Shown piece by piece: positions 30,522 through 40,058 of a stretch of DNA of 64,000 nt. The notes beneath the pieces are model-generated. The model saw nothing but the letters and a program-made list of their open reading frames with translations. It did no database searches and was not told where the DNA came from. Source of the stretch: Alphaproteobacteria bacterium (GTDB taxonomy: Bacteria > Pseudomonadota > Alphaproteobacteria > UBA6615); NCBI GenBank assembly GCA_002727315.1, contig PBWR01000007.1:134075-198074 (forward strand), given 5' to 3'. The position numbers and the translations under genes are program-made. The first letter of the stretch is position 1. Every line of letters starts with the position of its first letter.

Positions 30522-31583
30522 CTAGGCCGCGGCGCTGAGCGGGCAGTTCGACCATTCGCTCGGACACACGCGCCCGCCTTCTGCCCCCGGATCGCCACTG
30601 CAAATTTCGCACCCGGCCGCCACGTTGCCGCGCACAAGCCGGGCCAGGCCATCGATGAACGCCGGCGCCGTGCCCACGGTAGGGACCCGGACATAGTTCT
30701 CGATGCCAGCCGCGTCCGCCAGCTCACGATACTCGATATCCAGCTCGACCAGGGTTTCGGAATGCTCCGACACGAAAGCGATCGGCACCACGACCAGGTC
30801 GACACCGTCCGCACCCGCGCGTGTGATTTCATCCTCGGTCGAGGGTCCGATCCATTCCAGCGGCCCGACCCGGCTCTGATAACAGCATAGCCAGTCGAGA
30901 CCGTCCGCGATCGCCGGATCGAGCGCCGCGACCACGGCCGCGGAGGTTTGCTCCACCTGCCACTGATAGGGATCTCCGGCGGCGACGATCTTCTTCGGCA
31001 AACCGTGGGCGGAGAACGCCACACGAAAGGGCCGCGTGCCCGACAGCCGCCCGATCCCGTCGGCGATCAGGCCGGCGACGCTTTGAATGAAGCCTGGATC
31101 GGTCGGGTAACAGCACAGGGCCGTCACCGGGATATCTAGATTGCGGCGCGCCGCGGCCATGTTCCAAACCCGCATCACTGAACCCACGGTGGTGGTCGAG
31201 AATTGCGGGTAGAGGGGCAGCAGGACGATCCGGTCCGGCTGGCTTTCGATCACCGCGTCCATGGTCTCGTCGACGAACGGGTGCCAATAGCGCATGGCGA
31301 CATGGCAAACATATTCCTCGCCACCGTCTTCGTTCAGTGTCGCCTCCAGGGCTTCGGCCTGAGCGCAGGTGTTGGCGAGCAGTGGCGAGCCACCGCCAAT
31401 ATTGGCGTAGATCTCGCGCGCGATAGGCGCCCGGCGGCGTGAGATCAGCTGTGCAAGCGCCCAGCGAACCGGGCCCGGCGCGCCGATGATCATGGGATCG
31501 TTGAACAGGTTGAACAGGAACGGCCGGACATCCTCGGGCCTGTCCGGACCTCCCAGATTGTAGAGGATGACGGCGGTGGTCAT
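30522..31583 (-). CDS. hemH: Ferrochelatase
   Basis: AVILYNLGGPDRPEDVRPFLFNLFNDP, SAHGLP and FVSEHSETL motifs. The C-terminal Cys cluster suggests a 2Fe-2S type. Confidence 0.95.
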   Translation of the reverse strand: MTTAVILYNLGGPDRPEDVRPFLFNLFNDPMIIGAPGPVRWALAQLISRRRAPIAREIYANIGGGSPLLANTCAQAEALEATLNEDGGEEYVCHVAMRYWHPFVDETMDAVIESQPDRIVLLPLYPQFSTTTVGSVMRVWNMAAARRNLDIPVTALCCYPTDPGFIQSVAGLIADGIGRLSGTRPFRVAFSAHGLPKKIVAAGDPYQWQVEQTSAAVVAALDPAIADGLDWLCCYQSRVGPLEWIGPSTEDEITRAGADGVDLVVVPIAFVSEHSETLVELDIEYRELADAAGIENYVRVPTVGTAPAFIDGLARLVRGNVAAGCEICSGDPGAEGGRVCPSEWSNCPLSAAA

Positions 31584-32686
31584 GCCCCGGCTCCCCGATC
31601 GCGGATCTGCTCGGCCAGCGCCTCGACATGGGCGAACGGCGTGTCCTTGTGGATACCATGGGCCAGGTTGAACACGAACGGGCCGTCGGCCAGTTGGTCG
31701 AGAACTTGGTTTGCCGCAGCTTCCATCGGCGGGCCGCCGGCCAGCAGGTAGGCCGGGTCCAGGTTTCCCTGGACAGGGCAGATATCCTGCAGCTCGCGGG
31801 CCTGGTCAAACGTGATCGCGGAATCCAGGCCAACCGCGTCGATGCCGGTCTCGCGAACATAATCGGCCAGTCGCGGCCCGATCCCGCGCGCGAAACCGAT
31901 AATCGGCACATCGGGCGTCCGCGCCTTCACCCCGTCGACGATCTGCCGGGTCGGAGATATCACCAGGGTTTCGAACGACGATGCTGGCACCGCACTGGCC
32001 CAGGTGTCGAACAGCTGCAGCGCCTGGGCACCGGCTTCGACCTGCGCCACCAGATATTCGGTCGTGGCCTCGACCAGCATGCCAAGCATCGCCGCGGCCG
32101 CCGACGGTTCGGAAATCACCCAACCCTTCACCTGGTTGAAATCCCGGCTGCTGCCGCCTTCGATCATGTAGGTCGCGACGGTCCAGGGCGCCCCGGCAAA
32201 ACCGAGCAGCGCGACATCGTCGGGCAGTTCCGCACGTACCAAGCGCACGGTCTCGAACACCGGCGCCAGATGGTCGAGCGTGCGCGCCGGGTCGAGCCTC
32301 TCCAGGTCCGCCTGGCTAGTGACCGGGGTGAGGACCGGCCCGAAGCCTTCGGAGAACCCAACCTCCTGTCCCATCGCATCGGGAATGACCAGGATATCGG
32401 AGAACAGGATCGCGGCGTCCGGGCGGAACCGGTCGATCGGCTGCAGGGTGACCCGCGCAGCCCGTTCCGGCGTGTAGCACAGGTCCAGGAACCCGTCGGC
32501 CTGGGCCCGGATTTCGCGATACTCGGGCAGGTAGCGCCCGGCCTGGCGCATGAACCAGAATGGCGGTCGCGGGCCGGTCTGTCCGGACAGTGCATCGAGA
32601 AATAGATTGCTCACGGCGGGAGAAAACTGACGTTCGGGTTGGTGTTCGACAGGCGTGACTATGCCGGTCAGGTTATTCCAGCGCAT
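31580..32686 (-). CDS. hemE: Uroporphyrinogen decarboxylase
   Basis: PPFWFMRQAGRYLPEYREIR signature. Overlaps the hemH start. A shorter GTG start at 32614 (VSNLFLDAL...) is also plausible. Confidence 0.95.
   Translation of the reverse strand: MRWNNLTGIVTPVEHQPERQFSPAVSNLFLDALSGQTGPRPPFWFMRQAGRYLPEYREIRAQADGFLDLCYTPERAARVTLQPIDRFRPDAAILFSDILVIPDAMGQEVGFSEGFGPVLTPVTSQADLERLDPARTLDHLAPVFETVRLVRAELPDDVALLGFAGAPWTVATYMIEGGSSRDFNQVKGWVISEPSAAAAMLGMLVEATTEYLVAQVEAGAQALQLFDTWASAVPASSFETLVISPTRQIVDGVKARTPDVPIIGFARGIGPRLADYVRETGIDAVGLDSAITFDQARELQDICPVQGNLDPAYLLAGGPPMEAAANQVLDQLADGPFVFNLAHGIHKDTPFAHVEALAEQIRDRGAGA
31732..31800 (-). repeat. hemE-internal partner of the 27161-27229 inverted repeat
   Basis: See the feature at 27161-27229. 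Together the two copies bracket qor, rho, hemJ, hemH and the last ~50 codons of hemE. Confidence 0.85.
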
Positions 32687-33070
32687 CCTAAAAATAGGAA
32701 TTTGAACGAAGTGAAAAGTTAACTGTAGATATAGATATGCGGTGAATCACAGGGATTGGTCGTTGTTCATGATTCTGTTCAGCCCACCACGTGATTGTGG
32801 AACCCCAGCGGGCAATTCTGTGGGCATTTTCTTCAAAGCCTTGGACACTCTTATCTAAGCGCCAGCATTGTGTGTGGATGACCCGGCGACAGGTACGGGT
32901 GCGTTTTTCGGCCGGCGATATCCATACCGTATCGGGAAAACTTTGTTCGCCTTGGGATGACAGGGGGACGAACGAACGGCATAAGGTTGAAGAAATTTTT
33001 GCCAGGGTCGCGCGGACCGGGTTATCCCCGTAGTCCGCACTTTCATACCCAGCCAGAACGGTGCCAAACA
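32687..33070. other. oriC: Candidate chromosomal replication origin (oriC)
   Basis: 384-bp non-coding divergent gap and the most AT-rich stretch of the window (32688-32745). DnaA-box-like 9-mers: TGTGGATGA (32873-32881, 8/9), TTATCCCCG (33022-33030, 7/9), ATATCCATA (32918-32926, 7/9). GANTC sites lie near 32745 and 32771. Gene orientation switches here. The hemE | DUF299-maf-aroE-coaE-dnaQ synteny matches the Caulobacter/Rickettsia origin context. Confidence 0.55.
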
Positions 33071-33928
33071 ATGGCTGAACATGACGATGTCTTTCACCTA
33101 CACCTCGTATCGGATTCGACCGGCGAGACGATCCGCTCGGTCGCGCGGGCCTGCATGGCCCAGTTCGTGGAGAGTGAGCCCGTGGAGCATTTCTGGCCGA
33201 TGGCCCGGACGCCCAAGGCCATGGATCTGGTGCTCGAGGAGATTAGCGAGAACCCGGGCCCGGTGATCTTCACCCTGGTTGATGACAGTCTGGGCGAGCA
33301 GCTCGTCCGCGGCTGCCGGTTGCGCAAGGTCCCCTGCATCTCGGTACTCGATCCCGTCATGGATGCCTTGGCCAGTTCTCTCGGTCAGCGGCCGACCCAT
33401 AGGGTCGGCGGCCAGCACGAGCTCGACGCGGCCTATTTCGAGCGGATCGAGGCCATGGATTGGTCCCTGACCCATGATGACGGGCAGCGGACCGAGGAGC
33501 TTAATGGCTCCGACATCGTGCTGGTGGGGGTATCGCGTACCTCAAAGACGCCGACCTGCCTGTATCTGGCAAACCGCGGCATCAAGGCGGCCAATGTTCC
33601 CTGGGTGCCCGGTGTCCCACTGCCAGCAAGCCTGGAAAAGCTGACCCATCCTCTGGTGATCGGCCTGACCAACGACCACAAACGCCTGGTGGAACTGCGT
33701 CGGGCGCGTTTGACGTCCCTGCACCAGAACGAGGAGACCGCCTATGTCGATCCCGACGAGGTGCGGGCCGAGCTGACCGAGGCGCGCCGGTATTTTGCCC
33801 GCAACGGCTGGCCCGTGATTGATGTGACCCGGCGCTCGATCGAGGAGACGGCTGCCGCGATCATGACGTTGTATCAGCGTCGTCTGGACGAGCAGGCCGG
33901 TGACGGAACGGAAAATGGCTCCGCTTGA
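33071..33928 (+). CDS. Pyruvate,phosphate dikinase / PEP synthase regulatory protein (DUF299 kinase/phosphorylase)
   Basis: MAEHDDVFHLHLVSDSTGETIRSVARA and P-loop-like VGVSRTSKTP. 285 aa. Confidence 0.9.
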   Translation: MAEHDDVFHLHLVSDSTGETIRSVARACMAQFVESEPVEHFWPMARTPKAMDLVLEEISENPGPVIFTLVDDSLGEQLVRGCRLRKVPCISVLDPVMDALASSLGQRPTHRVGGQHELDAAYFERIEAMDWSLTHDDGQRTEELNGSDIVLVGVSRTSKTPTCLYLANRGIKAANVPWVPGVPLPASLEKLTHPLVIGLTNDHKRLVELRRARLTSLHQNEETAYVDPDEVRAELTEARRYFARNGWPVIDVTRRSIEETAAAIMTLYQRRLDEQAGDGTENGSA

Positions 33929-34544
33929 CGCGATTTGGACGTCCGAAGATGCAACCCTGGTGCTGGCGTCGGGCAGTTCCGTGCGCACCCGCCTGCTGAC
34001 GGCCGCCGGGGTGCCCCATCAGGTGGAACCAGCGAATATCGACGAGGGTGAAGTTCGCGACCGGCTTCTGGCCGAAGATGCATCTCATGATGTGATCGCC
34101 GAAGTATTGGCCGAATTGAAGGCGCAAAAAGTGTCCGAGCGGCACCCGGACGCGATTGTGCTGGGCGCCGACCAAATCCTGTCTTGCAACGGCGATTTGT
34201 TTGAGAAACCTGCAGGTCTGGAGGGTGTACGCGCACACCTTAATGCGTTGAGTGGAAAATCCCACACACTTCACACCAGCGTCTGCGCAATCTCCGCAGG
34301 GGATGTGATTTGGCACCACAATTCCGGGCCGAAACTTCGTATGCGTACGTTTTCGGACGGGTTTATCGACCGATATGTCGAGGCTGCCGGCCTTGCCGTA
34401 TGCGAAACCGTCGGCGGCTACCAGATGGAGGGCCTCGGCGTTCACCTGTTCGAAGAGATCGAGGGTGATTTCTACGACATTCTCGGGCTGCCGATGTTGC
34501 CGTTGCTGGCTTTCCTGCGGCAGCAATCCATGGTGCTGGCATGA
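33900..34544 (+). CDS. maf: Maf-like nucleoside triphosphate pyrophosphatase
   Basis: LVLASGSSVRTRLL and GGYQMEGLG motifs. An alternative start at 33915 is possible. Overlaps the preceding gene. Confidence 0.85.
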   Translation: MTERKMAPLDAIWTSEDATLVLASGSSVRTRLLTAAGVPHQVEPANIDEGEVRDRLLAEDASHDVIAEVLAELKAQKVSERHPDAIVLGADQILSCNGDLFEKPAGLEGVRAHLNALSGKSHTLHTSVCAISAGDVIWHHNSGPKLRMRTFSDGFIDRYVEAAGLAVCETVGGYQMEGLGVHLFEEIEGDFYDILGLPMLPLLAFLRQQSMVLA

Positions 34545-35401
34545 GCGATATTTTGAAGGCCGGGGTCATGGGCTGGCCTATCGCCCATTCCCTTTCGCCC
34601 CACCTGCACGGTCACTGGCTGTCGCGCTACGAAATCGCGGGCAGTTATGAAGCGCTTCCCGTCGAGCCGGACGACCTGGCGGCGGTCTTGGGTGCACTGC
34701 ACAATGACGGTTTTCGCGGCGTCAACCTGACCGTGCCCCACAAGGAAGCGGCGCTCGATATGGTCGACCGCTTGGACGATATGGCCCGCCGGATCGGTGC
34801 GGTCAACACCATCGTGGTGGATGATGATGGCGCCTTGTCTGCGACTAACACCGATGCGTTCGGACTGATCGAGAATATCCGGGCGATGGCGCCGGACCGG
34901 ACGGCGGGGGTGTTTGGGGGCCGCCCGGCGGTGATCCTGGGTGCCGGTGGTGCAGCGCGGGCCGCGGTGGTGGGCCTGGCGGACCTGGGCGTGACGGAAC
35001 TGCGCGTGATCAACCGGACCGTGGCGCGCGCCGAGGCGTTGGCTGGGATTGCCGGGCCCGCGAGGCTGTCCGCCGTCGGGTGGGACGGTGCGCCCGGCGC
35101 GCTCGCGGATGCCGGACTGCTGGTGAACACGTCCACGCTCGGTATGGACGGCCAGCCGCCGCTCGATCTGGACCTGGAGGCTCTGCCCGACGATGCGGTG
35201 GTCAACGACATCGTCTACGCACCCCTGGAGACCGGGCTGCTGGTCCGGGCGCGAGCGCGGGGAAATCACGTGGTCGACGGGCTGGGGATGCTCCTGCACC
35301 AGGCGCGCGGCGGGTTTCGGGCCTGGTTCGGGGTCGACCCCGAGGTGGATGAGGAGTTGCGCCAGGCCGTCCTGCGGGCGCGCAACGGAGCCGGCGCATG
35401 A
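34541..35401 (+). CDS. aroE: Shikimate dehydrogenase
   Basis: GWPIAHSLSPHLHGHW, NLTVPHKEAA, GAVNT and GAGGAARA motifs. ATGA overlap with maf. Confidence 0.93.
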   Translation: MSDILKAGVMGWPIAHSLSPHLHGHWLSRYEIAGSYEALPVEPDDLAAVLGALHNDGFRGVNLTVPHKEAALDMVDRLDDMARRIGAVNTIVVDDDGALSATNTDAFGLIENIRAMAPDRTAGVFGGRPAVILGAGGAARAAVVGLADLGVTELRVINRTVARAEALAGIAGPARLSAVGWDGAPGALADAGLLVNTSTLGMDGQPPLDLDLEALPDDAVVNDIVYAPLETGLLVRARARGNHVVDGLGMLLHQARGGFRAWFGVDPEVDEELRQAVLRARNGAGA

Positions 35402-36033
35402 TAATCCTCGGCCTGACGGGCTCGATCGGCATGGGCAAGTCCACGGCGGCGGCGATGCTGCGCCGGATGGGTGTGCCGGTGCACGATTCCGATGCCAGCG
35501 TGCACGCCATGCTGGCGGATGATCGCGCCGTGCACGGCGAAATCGAGGCGCGGTTCCCCGGTGTTGTTGGGGCGGAAGGAGTGGACAGGGCGAAACTGGG
35601 AGCCGCCGTGTTCGGAGACCCGGCCGCGCGCCGCGACCTGGAGGCGATCCTCCACCCGCGGGTTCGTGCCGCGGCGGAAGCCTTCATCCGGTTCCATCGC
35701 CGCCTGCGGCCACCGGTGCTGGTGCTCGACATCCCGCTCCTTTACGAGACCGGCGGCGAGGACCGGGTCGATGCGGTGATCGTCGTCTCCGCGCCTGCGG
35801 CCCTGCAGCGCCGCCGTGTCCTGGCGCGGCCGGGCATGGATGTGGCGCGGTTCGAGAACATACTCGCCTCCCAGGTCCCGGACCGGGAGAAGCGCCGCCG
35901 GGCGGACTTTGTCGTGGAGACGGGACTGGGCAAATCGTATACTTTCCGGCGACTCAAGCAGATCATCCTGTCGATCCGCACCGCCGTGCAATCTGGTCCG
36001 CCCGGCACCACGGACGAACTGTTTCCGGACTGA
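35398..36033 (+). CDS. coaE: Dephospho-CoA kinase
   Basis: MIILGLTGSIGMGKST P-loop. Overlaps the aroE stop. 211 aa. Confidence 0.92.
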   Translation: MIILGLTGSIGMGKSTAAAMLRRMGVPVHDSDASVHAMLADDRAVHGEIEARFPGVVGAEGVDRAKLGAAVFGDPAARRDLEAILHPRVRAAAEAFIRFHRRLRPPVLVLDIPLLYETGGEDRVDAVIVVSAPAALQRRRVLARPGMDVARFENILASQVPDREKRRRADFVVETGLGKSYTFRRLKQIILSIRTAVQSGPPGTTDELFPD

Positions 36034-36072
36034 CGGGCACGGTTCGCCGAACCGACGATCACGAGGGCCGCT

Positions 36073-36750
36073 GTGCGCGAAATCATTCTTGATACCGAGA
36101 CCACCGGGCTCGATCCCGCGAGCGGGCACCGTGTTGTCGAGATCGGCTGTGTCGAGGCGCATCAGCACATTCCGACCGGCGAGACCTATCATGTCTACGT
36201 CAATCCCGAGCGCGACATGCCCGAGGAAGCCTTCAACGTTCACGGGTTGAGCGAGCAGTTCCTGTCGGACAAGCCGGTTTTCGCCGAGATCGTGGGCGAT
36301 TTCCTCGAATTCATCGGCGATGCCCAGCTGGTCATCCACAATGCCGATTTCGACATGAAGTTCCTCAATGCCGAGCTGAAGCGCACCGGGTTCCCGCCGC
36401 TCGGCCGCGACCGGGCAACCGACACCGTGGCGATGGCGCGCCGCAAATTTCCCGGCGCCCAGGCCAGTCTCGATGCCCTGTGCCGCCGGTTCGAGATCGA
36501 CCTGTCACGGCGCGAAAAACACGGCGCGCTGCTGGATGCCGAGTTGCTGGCGGAAGTGTATCTGCAGTTGCAGGGTGGCCGGCAGCCCGGGCTGGAACTT
36601 GCCGGCGCGAAACCCGAGGAGACGGCGGCCGGCCCCGTGCCGGCCCAGCGCCAGGCCAGACCGGCGCGCGCGCATGCGCCTTCTTCCGAGGAGTTGGCCG
36701 CGCACGCCCAACTCGTCGAGAGCCTCAACGATCCGGTCTGGTCGGACTGA
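36073..36750 (+). CDS. dnaQ: DNA polymerase III subunit epsilon (3'-5' exonuclease)
   Basis: GTG start. Exo I REIILDTETTGLD, Exo II VIHNADFDMKFL, Exo III HGALLDAELLAEVY. Confidence 0.95.
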   Translation: MREIILDTETTGLDPASGHRVVEIGCVEAHQHIPTGETYHVYVNPERDMPEEAFNVHGLSEQFLSDKPVFAEIVGDFLEFIGDAQLVIHNADFDMKFLNAELKRTGFPPLGRDRATDTVAMARRKFPGAQASLDALCRRFEIDLSRREKHGALLDAELLAEVYLQLQGGRQPGLELAGAKPEETAAGPVPAQRQARPARAHAPSSEELAAHAQLVESLNDPVWSD

Positions 36751-36767
36751 ATTCCCGGTTTTAGGGC

Positions 36768-37331
36768 CTAGAGCTCGAATTCGAACTTCTGCTTGTCGTC
36801 GCCGCCGTTGCCGCCGCCACCATCGCCGCCTTCCGGCGCCTCGCCGGCTTCGGCCTGGGCCTGGGCCACGCGCTGCTGGTACATGGACATGAAATCGACG
36901 GGCTGCATGAGGAGCGGCGGGAAGCCGCCGTCGCGCACCGCATCGGCCACGATGGCCCGGGCGAACGGAAACAGCTGGCGCGGCGCCTCGATGTAGAGCA
37001 GGGGCGGGACATACTCGTCGGGCACTTCGCCGAGTGAGAAGATGCCGGCATAGGCGATCTCGACGATGAACAGCTGAGACTCACCGGCCGTGCCCTCGGC
37101 ACGCAGGGTGAGCGAGACCTCGAAGGCCTTGTCCGCCACCTGTTCGGCGTTCACGTCGATCGCGATCTGGACGTTGGGCTCGCCCTGCTGGGAAAGGGAT
37201 TGTGGAGCGTTCGGATTCTCGAAGGAGAGATCCTTCACATACTGCGCGTTGACCATCATCATCGGCGCGCCACCGGGGCCCTGGGCGGCATCCAGATTAG
37301 GATCGGGCTGACCTGCGTTTTCGTCACTCAT
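36768..37331 (-). CDS. secB: Protein-export chaperone SecB (with Gly/Asp-rich C-terminal tail)
   Basis: VNAQYVKDLSFENPNAP and LLYIEAPRQLFPFARAIVADAVRDGGFPPL motifs. The tail reads ...EGGDGGGGNGGDDKQKFEFEL. Confidence 0.93.
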   Translation of the reverse strand: MSDENAGQPDPNLDAAQGPGGAPMMMVNAQYVKDLSFENPNAPQSLSQQGEPNVQIAIDVNAEQVADKAFEVSLTLRAEGTAGESQLFIVEIAYAGIFSLGEVPDEYVPPLLYIEAPRQLFPFARAIVADAVRDGGFPPLLMQPVDFMSMYQQRVAQAQAEAGEAPEGGDGGGGNGGDDKQKFEFEL

Positions 37332-37424
37332 GGTGTTGTCCGTTTCAATTCGCGCACTGGCGCCGGGAAGATGGCGCCTTGGCTAACACGATGCCCCGCC
37401 GCCGACAACCGCGCCGGCGGAGAA

Positions 37425-37934
37425 TCATCGCCGCTCTCGGAGGCGCGGTGGTTGGCCGTCCTCCTCGTCGCGCCGGACGCCGAACTCTTCCCCGTCGATC
37501 ACCGGTCCGCCGGGCTCCGGCCCGCCACCCGGACGCGGCCCCGAACGGGCCCCGTACACGGAAAAATCAACGTTGCGCGACCGCGCCATGGCGGCCCAGA
37601 CACCGCGCCCGAGGATGGCGCGCAGAGGTGGAAGCAGGAGCGCGAAGCCGAACGCATCGGTCAGGAAGCCCGGTGTTAGGAGCAGCGCGCCGCCAAAGAC
37701 AAGGCAGACCCCGTCGAACAGTTCGCGGACCGGGAGCCGCTCCTGGTCAAGCTCCGACTGGGCACGCGCCAGGGTTGCCAGGCCCTGCTGGCGCAGCAGT
37801 GTCGTTCCTATGAACGCGGTCAGGACGACCAGCCCGATCGTCGGCCAGACACCGACCCAGCCGCCAACCTGGATAAACAGGTAGATCTCTATCAGCGGGA
37901 TGCCGATGAACAGGGCCAGAATCAGGATCGGCAT
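37425..37934 (-). CDS. fxsA: FxsA family membrane protein
   Basis: MPILILALFIGIPLIEIYLFIQVGGWVG... and LLLTPGFLTD motifs. Confidence 0.85.
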   Translation of the reverse strand: MPILILALFIGIPLIEIYLFIQVGGWVGVWPTIGLVVLTAFIGTTLLRQQGLATLARAQSELDQERLPVRELFDGVCLVFGGALLLTPGFLTDAFGFALLLPPLRAILGRGVWAAMARSRNVDFSVYGARSGPRPGGGPEPGGPVIDGEEFGVRRDEEDGQPPRLRERR

Positions 37935-38141
37935 TCTTGTTCTTTCATGGAGTTACCCCTATCTAGGTGATAACAGAGACTGGGCCGCCCGGCGACCGGA
38001 GCTTGCAACCGCCACTGGTATCGTGTGGAGCAAGAACGTAATGTTGGTACGGTCGATACGGCGAGCAACCCGCTTCGACGCCGCGCCACGCTTTTGCGGG
38101 GCAATTTTCGGCGCCGGGGCACCCTTCGGACGGAAAACGGC

Positions 38142-38816
38142 GTGGCATTTCTAGATATAGTCCTTCTCGCGATGGTGGCGGCCTTCCTGGTGTTTCGCCT
38201 GCGCGGCGTTCTGGGCAAGCGGACAGGGCATGAGCGTCCGCCGCAGGACCCCTATTCCGGCCGCGAGTCCGGCCCCGCTGGCCCGCGCGAGGCGCAGGAC
38301 GACGACAAGGTCGTGGCGCTGCCCGACCGCACGGTCGAGGAAAGCGATATTCCGGACAACAGCCCCGCCGGCGACAGCCTGAAGGATATTCAGCGCGCCG
38401 ATTCGGGCTTTTCCGTGTCGGATTTCCTGGACGGTGTCCGCGCCGCATTCGAAATGATCGTCACCTCCTTTGCCAATGGTGATCGCGAAACCCTGCGCCC
38501 GCTTCTCAGCGACGAGGTCTACGAGAACTTCGCCGGCGCCATTGTCGATCGCGAGGGCAAGGGCGAAACCATGGAGATGACCCTGGTGGGCATTCGCGAG
38601 GCCGATGTGCTGGAAGCGAACATGGACGGTCGCGTGGCCTTCGTCACGGTCAAGATCGTGACCGAGCAGATCGAAGTGGTACGCGATGCCGCCGGCGAGC
38701 CCGTTTCGGGTGACCCGAGCAAGGTCGCGACCGTGACCGACATCTGGACGTTCGCCCGCAACACCCGTTCGCGCAATCCGAACTGGACCCTTGTCGCGAC
38801 CGAGGCCCCGAACTGA
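38142..38816 (+). CDS. Tim44-like domain protein
   Basis: N-terminal TM LDIVLLAMVAAFLVFRLRGVLGKRTG, then a Tim44 C-terminal-type domain (FLDGVRAAFEMIVTSFANGD..., WTFARN). GTG 38142 is preferred, but the ORF is open from ATG 38025. Confidence 0.75.
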   Translation: MAFLDIVLLAMVAAFLVFRLRGVLGKRTGHERPPQDPYSGRESGPAGPREAQDDDKVVALPDRTVEESDIPDNSPAGDSLKDIQRADSGFSVSDFLDGVRAAFEMIVTSFANGDRETLRPLLSDEVYENFAGAIVDREGKGETMEMTLVGIREADVLEANMDGRVAFVTVKIVTEQIEVVRDAAGEPVSGDPSKVATVTDIWTFARNTRSRNPNWTLVATEAPN

Positions 38817-38839
38817 GCCGGGGCGGCTGCAGGCGGCTG

Positions 38840-39991
38840 TTGCTGCTGACCGGCATGATTGTGCTGGCGGCCTGCGAATTGACGAAAGAACCCAAACCCG
38901 AACCTGAAACCGCGGCGACCTACACACCGGTTGCCGTGGCCTCGCTTCCCGGCTGGGAACAGGACAATCTGGCCGCCGCCTTACCGGCGTGGCGCCAGTC
39001 CTGTGACCGGATCGCCGCCCTGCCCGATGATCGGGCCGTCGGACCCGCGGCCGGAACGGCGGCCGACTGGCGCGCCATTTGTACCAATCTTGCCCGGGTA
39101 CCGGCCGGAGACACGGCGGCCCTGCGCGGGTTCCTCGAGGCGCGGTTTGTCGCGTTGCATGTGTCCGGCGGCGCCGGGGACGGCGGATTGTTCACCGGAT
39201 ACTTCGAACCGATCGTGGACGCCGCGCGGGCGCGGTCGCCCGAATACAACGAGCCGATCTTCGCTCTGCCGCGCGACCATGTGTCGGTCCGCCTCGGGAA
39301 TTTCGATCCGTCCCTGGACGGCAAAAACATCGTCGGGCGCGTCGAGAACGGACGCCTGGTGCCGTACCGCAAGCGCGGGGAGATCGACCAGGGGGCGCTG
39401 GACGAGAGTGCGGACGTGCTTTTCTGGGCGCGCGATCCACTCGACGTTTTCATCCTGCAGGTCCAGGGCTCTGGCATCGTCGCCGAGCCCGACGGCACCC
39501 GGACCCGGATCGGGTTCGCCGGCCATAACGGCCACAATTACGGCTCCGTCGGCCGCTGGCTGATCGAGCGAGGCGAACTCAACGCCGGGCGCGCGGGCTG
39601 GGAAGATATTCGTAGCTGGTTGCAGGCCAACCCCGAGCTGATGCGCGACACCTTGGCGGTGAACCGGCGGTTTATCTTCTTTCGCGAACTCGATAGCGGC
39701 GGCCCGATCGGTGCGGCAGGGGTGACGCTGACGGCCGGCCGTTCGTTGGCGGTCGACCCGTCCTACATGCCCCTCAACGCCCCGGTCTGGCTCGATGCCG
39801 AGCACCCGGCCGGCGCCGCGCGGCTGCAACGCCTGATGCTGGCGCAGGATACGGGCAACGCGATCCGCGGCGTGGTGCGGGGCGATTTCTATTGGGGCAC
39901 GGGCCGCAAGGCCCTCGATATGGCCGGCCGCATGAAGAGCCGGGGCGCCTATTACATCCTGGTGCCGGGAAGCCTCGTGCCGACCGGCTGA
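38840..39991 (+). CDS. mltA: Membrane-bound lytic murein transglycosylase A
   Basis: Lipobox LLTGMIVLAAC. MltA domain (TGYFEP, VQGSG, GHNGHNY) and 3D domain (DTGNAIRG...DFYWG). TTG start is uncertain. Confidence 0.88.
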   Translation: MLLTGMIVLAACELTKEPKPEPETAATYTPVAVASLPGWEQDNLAAALPAWRQSCDRIAALPDDRAVGPAAGTAADWRAICTNLARVPAGDTAALRGFLEARFVALHVSGGAGDGGLFTGYFEPIVDAARARSPEYNEPIFALPRDHVSVRLGNFDPSLDGKNIVGRVENGRLVPYRKRGEIDQGALDESADVLFWARDPLDVFILQVQGSGIVAEPDGTRTRIGFAGHNGHNYGSVGRWLIERGELNAGRAGWEDIRSWLQANPELMRDTLAVNRRFIFFRELDSGGPIGAAGVTLTAGRSLAVDPSYMPLNAPVWLDAEHPAGAARLQRLMLAQDTGNAIRGVVRGDFYWGTGRKALDMAGRMKSRGAYYILVPGSLVPTG

Positions 39992-40058
39992 CGCGGTCTC
40001 CGCGAGCCCTTTGATGGGGCCCGGAATGTGCTAAACAGGACACAAATCGGAGGAGAGC

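Noticed and set aside
32700-32760. CtrA binding sites (TTAA-N7-TTAA) in the origin candidate
   Set aside because: Only an isolated TTAAC half-site (near 32719) is present. No correctly spaced second half-site was seen.
32786-32800. CACGTG core (CCACCACGTGATTGT) inside the oriC candidate as a third parS
   Set aside because: Only the central CACGTGA matches. The flanking arms match the parS arms at about 1 of 10 positions.
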